A DNA stretch of 64,000 nucleotides, taken from assembly GCA_947495135.1 (NCBI GenBank), contig CANLXN010000009.1, forward strand, positions 116,165-180,164, read 5' to 3'. Positions 58,906 to 64,000 of this stretch are shown here, piece after piece (within the stretch, counting starts at the first letter, position 1; every line of letters begins with the position of its first letter). Under the pieces are notes generated by a model. That model was not told the origin of the DNA. It did no database searches and saw only the letters and a list, made by a program, of their open reading frames with translations. The DNA is from an uncultured Flavobacteriaceae bacterium. Lineage in GTDB: Bacteria > Bacteroidota > Bacteroidia > Flavobacteriales > Flavobacteriaceae. The position numbers and the translations under genes were made by a program.

Positions 58906-61092
58906 TTATCTAGTGAAAAGCAACTCTCTGTACTTGGTCATTGGCCAAAGTTCATCATCTACTAATAATTCCAACTTGTCGCAATGATATCGAATTTGTT
59001 CAAAATACGGCTTCACCTCATCACAATAGGTATGTGCCCGTTTTTCACCACTTTCAATTTGATTGGCCTTCTTTCTAGCATCGGTCATTTCGGTGATCCC
59101 TTTATTGATATGTTCTATATGATCGCTAATGCTTTCAATTAACTTCATCTGTTCTCCAGCTACCTTCTTAAAGCTGTTTCCATAGATATCCTTCAACCCC
59201 GTAACATTTTCAATAAGAATGTTTTGATATCTAATTGCCGTAGGAATCACATGGTTCCGCGCAATATCTCCAAGAACACGACCTTCTATCTGGATTCTCA
59301 TCGCATACTCTTCCACCTGAATCTCGTAACGAGCTTCCAATTCAACTGGCGTAAGGATACCTAAATCTCCGAAAAGCTTTATCGCCTTATCCGAAACATT
59401 CGCCTTTAGTGCTGCTGGGGTTGTTTTATTATTACTTAGGCCTCTTTTAGCAGCTTCCTTCTCCCATGCATCCCCATATCCATCTCCTTCAAAACGGATT
59501 CTTTTCGACTCCTTAATATATTCTCTCAATACATTGAAGATCGCATCATCCTTTTTCATCTTCTTTTTCGCCACAAGGATATCTACTTGCTCTTTGAAAT
59601 CGAACAGCTGTCTAGCAACAATTGTATTTAAAACCGTCATTGGATTTGCACAGTTCGCCGTAGATCCTACTGCTCGCAATTCAAACTTGTTTCCAGTAAA
59701 TGCAAAAGGCGAAGTTCTATTTCGATCTGTATTATCCATTAAAATCTCTGGAATTTTCCCTACTACATTCAATTTAAGGTCGGTTTTCTCTTGTGGAGAG
59801 AGCTTGCCATTGGTTACTTTCTCCAACTCGTCCAGCACATCCGTGAGTTGAGATCCTATAAACACTGATATAATAGCGGGAGGCGCCTCATTAGCACCCA
59901 AGCGATGATCGTTGCTAGCACTCGCTATGGATGCTCTAATAAGTTCTTCGTAATCATGTACCGCTTTTATGGTATTTATGAAAAAAGTCAAAAACTGTAA
60001 ATTCTTCATAGGCGTACTTCCAGGGCTTAATAAGTTAACTCCTGTATTAGTAGCCAAAGACCAGTTATTATGTTTTCCGCTCCCGTTTATTCCTTTAAAT
60101 GGTTTCTCATGAAAGAGCACTTTAAAATGATGCCGTTCTGCCACCTTGTCCATCACATCCATCAATAAAGAGTTGTGATCTACTGCAAGATTTGCTTCTT
60201 CAAATATAGGAGCCAACTCAAACTGATTGGGCGCTACTTCGTTATGCCGAGTTTTAACAGGCACTCCTAGAAGCATGCATTCGGTTTCCATATCCCTCAT
60301 AAAATTGAGAACTCTATTAGGTATGGATCCAAAATAATGATCGTCCAGTTGTTGACCTTTCGCTGGAGCATGACCTAAAAGGGTTCTTCCAGTAATCATA
60401 ATATCTGGACGAGAAGAAGCCAGCGCCTTATCGATTAAGAAGTATTCCTGTTCCCATCCTAAGGTAGCGTTTACCTTAGTTACCGTCTTATCGAAATATT
60501 TTGCAACAGCCGTAGCCGCAGTATCTACACAGTGAAGAGATCTTAACAAAGGTGTTTTATTATCGAGAGCCTCTCCCGTGTAGGCAACAAACACAGTTGG
60601 AATACAAAGTGTCGTTCCATAGATAAAAGCAGGAGATGTTGGATCCCAAGCAGTGTAACCTCTCGCCTCAAAAGTGTTTCTTATTCCTCCATTAGGAAAA
60701 CTAGAAGCATCGGGTTCTTGTTGAACTAGCTGTCCTCCGCCAAACTTTTCAATCGCTCGCCCATCCTCCATCGTTTCGAAAAAAGCATCATGTTTTTCGG
60801 CAGTCGATCCTGTAAGAGGCTGAAACCAATGCGTATAATGTGTTGCCCCTTTAGAAATAGCCCATTCTTTCATTCCCGTTGCAATATGATCTGCCGCGGA
60901 GCGATCTATTTTCGCACCACTAATAACCGCATCTTGTACACTCTTAAAAGAGTCTTTGGTGAGGTATTGGAGCATGGCCATATCGTTGAATACGTTCTTT
61001 CCAAAAATTTCGGATCGTCTAGCTGGTTCATTTACCGCGACCGGTACTCTATGTAATGTATCTCTAATTGCTTGAAATCTTAACACTGCCAT
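58906..61092 (-). CDS. glnA: Glutamine synthetase type III
   Basis: 728 aa; THYTHWFQP, EPDASSFPNGG, GWEQEYF, HNEVAPNQFE, NGSGKHNNW, DRNRTSPFAFTGNKFE. Confidence 0.94.
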   Translation of the reverse strand: MAVLRFQAIRDTLHRVPVAVNEPARRSEIFGKNVFNDMAMLQYLTKDSFKSVQDAVISGAKIDRSAADHIATGMKEWAISKGATHYTHWFQPLTGSTAEKHDAFFETMEDGRAIEKFGGGQLVQQEPDASSFPNGGIRNTFEARGYTAWDPTSPAFIYGTTLCIPTVFVAYTGEALDNKTPLLRSLHCVDTAATAVAKYFDKTVTKVNATLGWEQEYFLIDKALASSRPDIMITGRTLLGHAPAKGQQLDDHYFGSIPNRVLNFMRDMETECMLLGVPVKTRHNEVAPNQFELAPIFEEANLAVDHNSLLMDVMDKVAERHHFKVLFHEKPFKGINGSGKHNNWSLATNTGVNLLSPGSTPMKNLQFLTFFINTIKAVHDYEELIRASIASASNDHRLGANEAPPAIISVFIGSQLTDVLDELEKVTNGKLSPQEKTDLKLNVVGKIPEILMDNTDRNRTSPFAFTGNKFELRAVGSTANCANPMTVLNTIVARQLFDFKEQVDILVAKKKMKKDDAIFNVLREYIKESKRIRFEGDGYGDAWEKEAAKRGLSNNKTTPAALKANVSDKAIKLFGDLGILTPVELEARYEIQVEEYAMRIQIEGRVLGDIARNHVIPTAIRYQNILIENVTGLKDIYGNSFKKVAGEQMKLIESISDHIEHINKGITEMTDARKKANQIESGEKRAHTYCDEVKPYFEQIRYHCDKLELLVDDELWPMTKYRELLFTR

Positions 61093-61140
61093 GATTGAAA
61101 ATTTAATTATTACAACAAAGTTACATTTTTATAACAATAC

Positions 61141-61208
61141 CCCCCAAAAAATAGGGGTGTTAACACAAAAAATGCAATTGTTGATAATTAACCCCTATAA
61201 TTTTGGAG
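61141..61208. promoter_or_regulatory. Two palindromic boxes CCCC-YA-W5-TW-GGRG between divergent GS genes
   Basis: CCCCCAAAAAATAGGGG (61141-61157) and CCCCTATAATTTTGGAG (61192-61208), between the two divergent -7 elements. Confidence 0.5.
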
Positions 61209-61269
61209 TACGTGACCTAATTCTTTATATATTTGCCGCGTTTAACTATCAAAACACATACATAGCACT

Positions 61270-62280
61270 ATGAGCAAGTCTAAATTAGAATACATATGGT
61301 TGGATGGGTACAAGCCCACACAAAACATGAGAAGTAAAACCAAAGTAGAAGATAACTTTAGCGGAAAGCTGGAAGATTGTCCAATTTGGTCTTTTGACGG
61401 TTCATCTACGCGACAAGCACTAGGTGATTCTTCAGACTGTTTGTTGAAACCAGTAGCAATCTATCCAGATCCGGCGCGTGAAAACGGTTTTTTAGTAATG
61501 ACTGAAGTTCTAAATTCAGACGGAACGCCGCACTCATCAAATGCAAGAGCGACTATCGATGACGATGACTCCGATTTCTGGTTTGGATTTGAGCAGGAAT
61601 ATTTCATTATGGATACGCATACGCAACTTCCATTAGGGTTTCCTATTGGCGGATATCCTGGACCTCAAGGAATGTACTATTGTTCTGTTGGTGGTAGACA
61701 TACGCATGGACGTGATTTCGTAGAGGCGCACGCAGACCTTTGCATCGCAGCTGGATTAAACTTCGAAGGAATTAATCAAGAAGTAGCAAGTGGACAGTGG
61801 GAATTTCAACTGTTTGCTAAGGGAGCAAAAAAGGCAGGAGACGAAATATGGATTGCTCGTTATTTATTAGATCGTTTAACCGAGCAATACGGTTACTATA
61901 TAGAATATCACCCAAAACCTGTAAAAGGAGATTGGAATGGTAGTGGAATGCACGCGAATTTCTCTAATACTGTTTTAAGAACCTGCGGTTCTAGAGAAAC
62001 CTATGAGAAAATATGTGAAGCGTTTAGACCTGTTACTTCCGAGCATATCGATGTCTATGGAGAATTTAACGATCAACGTTTAACTGGATTGCATGAAACA
62101 GCTTCCATTAAAGACTTCAGCTACGGTGTATCTGATAGAGGAGCGTCTATTCGTATTCCTATTATTACTGTGGAAAATGGTTGGAAAGGATGGTTAGAAG
62201 ACAGAAGACCAGCTTCAAATGCGGATCCTTATAAAATTGCAGGAAGAATTATTAAGACCGTGAAGTCTGCCAAAATATAA
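61270..62280 (+). CDS. glnII: Glutamine synthetase type II
   Basis: 336 aa; EYIWLDG, WSFDGSST, WFGFEQEY, PQGMYYC, NQEV...QWEFQ, NGSGMH, RLTGLHET, LEDRRPASN. Confidence 0.92.
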   Translation: MSKSKLEYIWLDGYKPTQNMRSKTKVEDNFSGKLEDCPIWSFDGSSTRQALGDSSDCLLKPVAIYPDPARENGFLVMTEVLNSDGTPHSSNARATIDDDDSDFWFGFEQEYFIMDTHTQLPLGFPIGGYPGPQGMYYCSVGGRHTHGRDFVEAHADLCIAAGLNFEGINQEVASGQWEFQLFAKGAKKAGDEIWIARYLLDRLTEQYGYYIEYHPKPVKGDWNGSGMHANFSNTVLRTCGSRETYEKICEAFRPVTSEHIDVYGEFNDQRLTGLHETASIKDFSYGVSDRGASIRIPIITVENGWKGWLEDRRPASNADPYKIAGRIIKTVKSAKI

Positions 62281-62301
62281 ATAAATACAAATTGTTGGTT
62301 T

Positions 62302-62332
62302 AAAAAAGCACTCAGAAATGGGTGCTTTTTTT
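62302..62332. terminator. Bidirectional intrinsic terminator
   Basis: AAAAAAGCACTC-loop-GGGTGCTTTTTTT between convergent genes. Confidence 0.8.
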
Positions 62333-62355
62333 ATTTCATCAGCCAAATAATAAGA

Positions 62356-63324
62356 CTAGGTAAACGCTAAACTCACAAACACCATATAGGCGAAAACCAG
62401 AATAAGTCCTTTATATCTTCCTATTAAAAATCGCTTAGGGATAAATGCCAACGGAATAAGGATGGCGGCAAATCCTAGAAGCCAAAAAATGTCACTATTT
62501 AATACTTGAATTTCGGTCACTGCAATGGGTTGAATAATTGCTGTGATTCCAAGCACGGAAGCAATGTTAAAAATGTTAGAACCAATAAGATTTCCCAACG
62601 AAAGCGCTTTCTCCTTTTTAAGCGCTGCAATAATGGACGCTGCCAACTCTGGCACACTAGTTCCAATTGCAATCATCGTAACAGCAATCACACGCTCACT
62701 TACTTCCATCACTCTTGCCAAATCCACTGCGCCTTCTACCAACCAAACACTTCCAAAGTAGAGTGCTGCACCTCCAATGAGTAACCAAATAACAATTTTA
62801 AAATTGGAAACGACAGCTAATTTATCATCTACCTCATCACTAACTTCCTGTTTTTCCGATAGTGCATCTGCTGCCGATTTCTTTCTTGCTCGTGCAATAA
62901 GCAACCACAAATAAATAATCAACATTACAAGAAGTGCAATTCCTTCGGTTCGATCTAAAACATTTCCACTTTTCAGTAAAAAATAAAGAGCTACGGAGAG
63001 CAGCATCATTACTGGCCAATTAAATTTGTAAAAATCTTTGTCAATCGCCAAAGGAGCAATAACCGCGGTCACCCCAAGGACAAGGCCAATATTCGCAATA
63101 TTACTACCAATTACGTTCCCAAGAGAAATTGAAGAAAGTCCATCCAATGCTGCTTGCACACTCACCAACAATTCTGGTGCAGAAGTAGCAAAAGACACAA
63201 CGGTAAGACCAATTACCATTTTAGAAAGTTTCAGCTTAAAAGAAAGTGCTACCGAAGACCTCACTAAGAATTCACCTCCAACAACAAGGAGAGTTAATCC
63301 AATAATAATTAAAAATATGCTCAT
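62356..63324 (-). CDS. Calcium/sodium antiporter (YrbG-like)
   Basis: Two alpha repeats SFATSAPE...GNVIGSNIAN and GTSVPE...GNLIGSNIFN. Confidence 0.92.
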   Translation of the reverse strand: MSIFLIIIGLTLLVVGGEFLVRSSVALSFKLKLSKMVIGLTVVSFATSAPELLVSVQAALDGLSSISLGNVIGSNIANIGLVLGVTAVIAPLAIDKDFYKFNWPVMMLLSVALYFLLKSGNVLDRTEGIALLVMLIIYLWLLIARARKKSAADALSEKQEVSDEVDDKLAVVSNFKIVIWLLIGGAALYFGSVWLVEGAVDLARVMEVSERVIAVTMIAIGTSVPELAASIIAALKKEKALSLGNLIGSNIFNIASVLGITAIIQPIAVTEIQVLNSDIFWLLGFAAILIPLAFIPKRFLIGRYKGLILVFAYMVFVSLAFT

Positions 63325-63433
63325 AGAATTTTATTGCCATGCGAAGATAGTAATAGATTTATGAATTACGATGAACCAATTGTAAATGAAAGCTTCCTAT
63401 CGCAGACCTCGAATCTCACTTTTAATTACCAAT

Positions 63434-63499
63434 TAACTATATTTTCAGTTACATAACTATAAAAATAGTTGTATAACTGAAAATATAGTTATAGATTTG
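63434..63499 (+). promoter_or_regulatory. Three TAACT-N8-AGTTR operators plus -7 element of the blaI-like operon
   Basis: 18-bp palindromes start at 63434, 63454, 63474 (20-bp period); TAGATTTG at 63492-63499. Confidence 0.8.
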
Positions 63500-63537
63500 T
63501 ACTTCATCATTCAAATTTCAGTGTTAAATATCATTAT

Positions 63538-63894
63538 ATGGAACGATTAACAAATAAGGAAGAAGAAATTATGCAGGCACTTTGGGAACTCGAGAAGGGT
63601 TTCGTGAAAGAGATTATTTCGCAATTACCTGGAGAAAATCACTACAACACCATTTCCACCATTGTTCGTAATTTGGAAGAAAAGGGCTTTGTTTCTTATC
63701 ACGCATTTGGAAAAACACATCAATATTACCCCTTGGTATCTAAAGATAAATATGCCGACAAGTTTATGAACCTCGCTTCCAAGCGATACTTTAATAATAG
63801 CTACAAAAGCATGGTGTCTTTCTTTGCAAAGGAAGAAAAAATAAGTGCAGAGGAGCTTCGAGAAATATTAGAAATCATCGAAAAAAAGAAATAA
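63538..63894 (+). CDS. BlaI/MecI/CopY family repressor
   Basis: LTNKEEEIMQALW, YNTISTIVRNLEEKGFV, YYPLVSK, SLVSFF-like MVSFF. Confidence 0.92.
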   Translation: MERLTNKEEEIMQALWELEKGFVKEIISQLPGENHYNTISTIVRNLEEKGFVSYHAFGKTHQYYPLVSKDKYADKFMNLASKRYFNNSYKSMVSFFAKEEKISAEELREILEIIEKKK

Positions 63895-64000
63895 ATGGAA
63901 ATTGGGATTCACCTTTTAAAATCGGTTACCGTACTCTCTATATTCTATATAGTGTACTTTCTTTTTCTTCGGAAAGACACCTTATTTAGAATTAAAAGGC
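63895..64000 (+). CDS. 5' end of probable M56/BlaR1-family membrane metallopeptidase (truncated by window)
   Basis: ATG immediately after blaI stop; MEIGIHLLKSVTVLSIFYIVYFLFLRKDTLFR; typical partner of BlaI. Confidence 0.7.
   Translation, partial: MEIGIHLLKSVTVLSIFYIVYFLFLRKDTLFRIKR

Overview
A 64 kb chromosomal segment from a Flavobacteriaceae-type Bacteroidetes. The evidence is TAnnTTTG promoters, signal peptides cleaving to an N-terminal Gln, fused IcmF and a divergent GSIII/GSII pair. Most of it is housekeeping or ordinary accessory genes (ftsE, mnmD, ilvE, DPP III, crcB, icmF, pyrF, prfA, purM, two glutamine synthetases, blaI/M56). No rRNA, tRNA, CRISPR array or mobile element was recognised. 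Three regions stand out. (1) 40.5-58.7 kb: an expanded curli amyloid locus, with a csgB-csgE-csgF-csgG-lipoprotein operon and five very long, separately terminated curlin genes (484-737 aa). These are mosaics of shared blocks, one is strongly Tyr-enriched, a sixth short curlin pseudogene is missing from the ORF track, and all five carry a shared upstream direct repeat. (2) 12.1-17.2 kb: a coupled operon of a signal-less trypsin-like protease, a small protein, a TPR sensor kinase and a NarL-type regulator. The same NarL-like palindrome sits at identical promoter spacing before the operon and before the next gene, and GC content switches inside the kinase; this is a candidate agr-like peptide-signalling circuit. 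(3) 21.5 kb: an unannotated Cys-rich 23-aa leader peptide with a terminator and an alternative pairing upstream of an MFS transporter, a candidate cysteine-sensing attenuator. Family assignments come from motif recognition by eye; no database searches were run.
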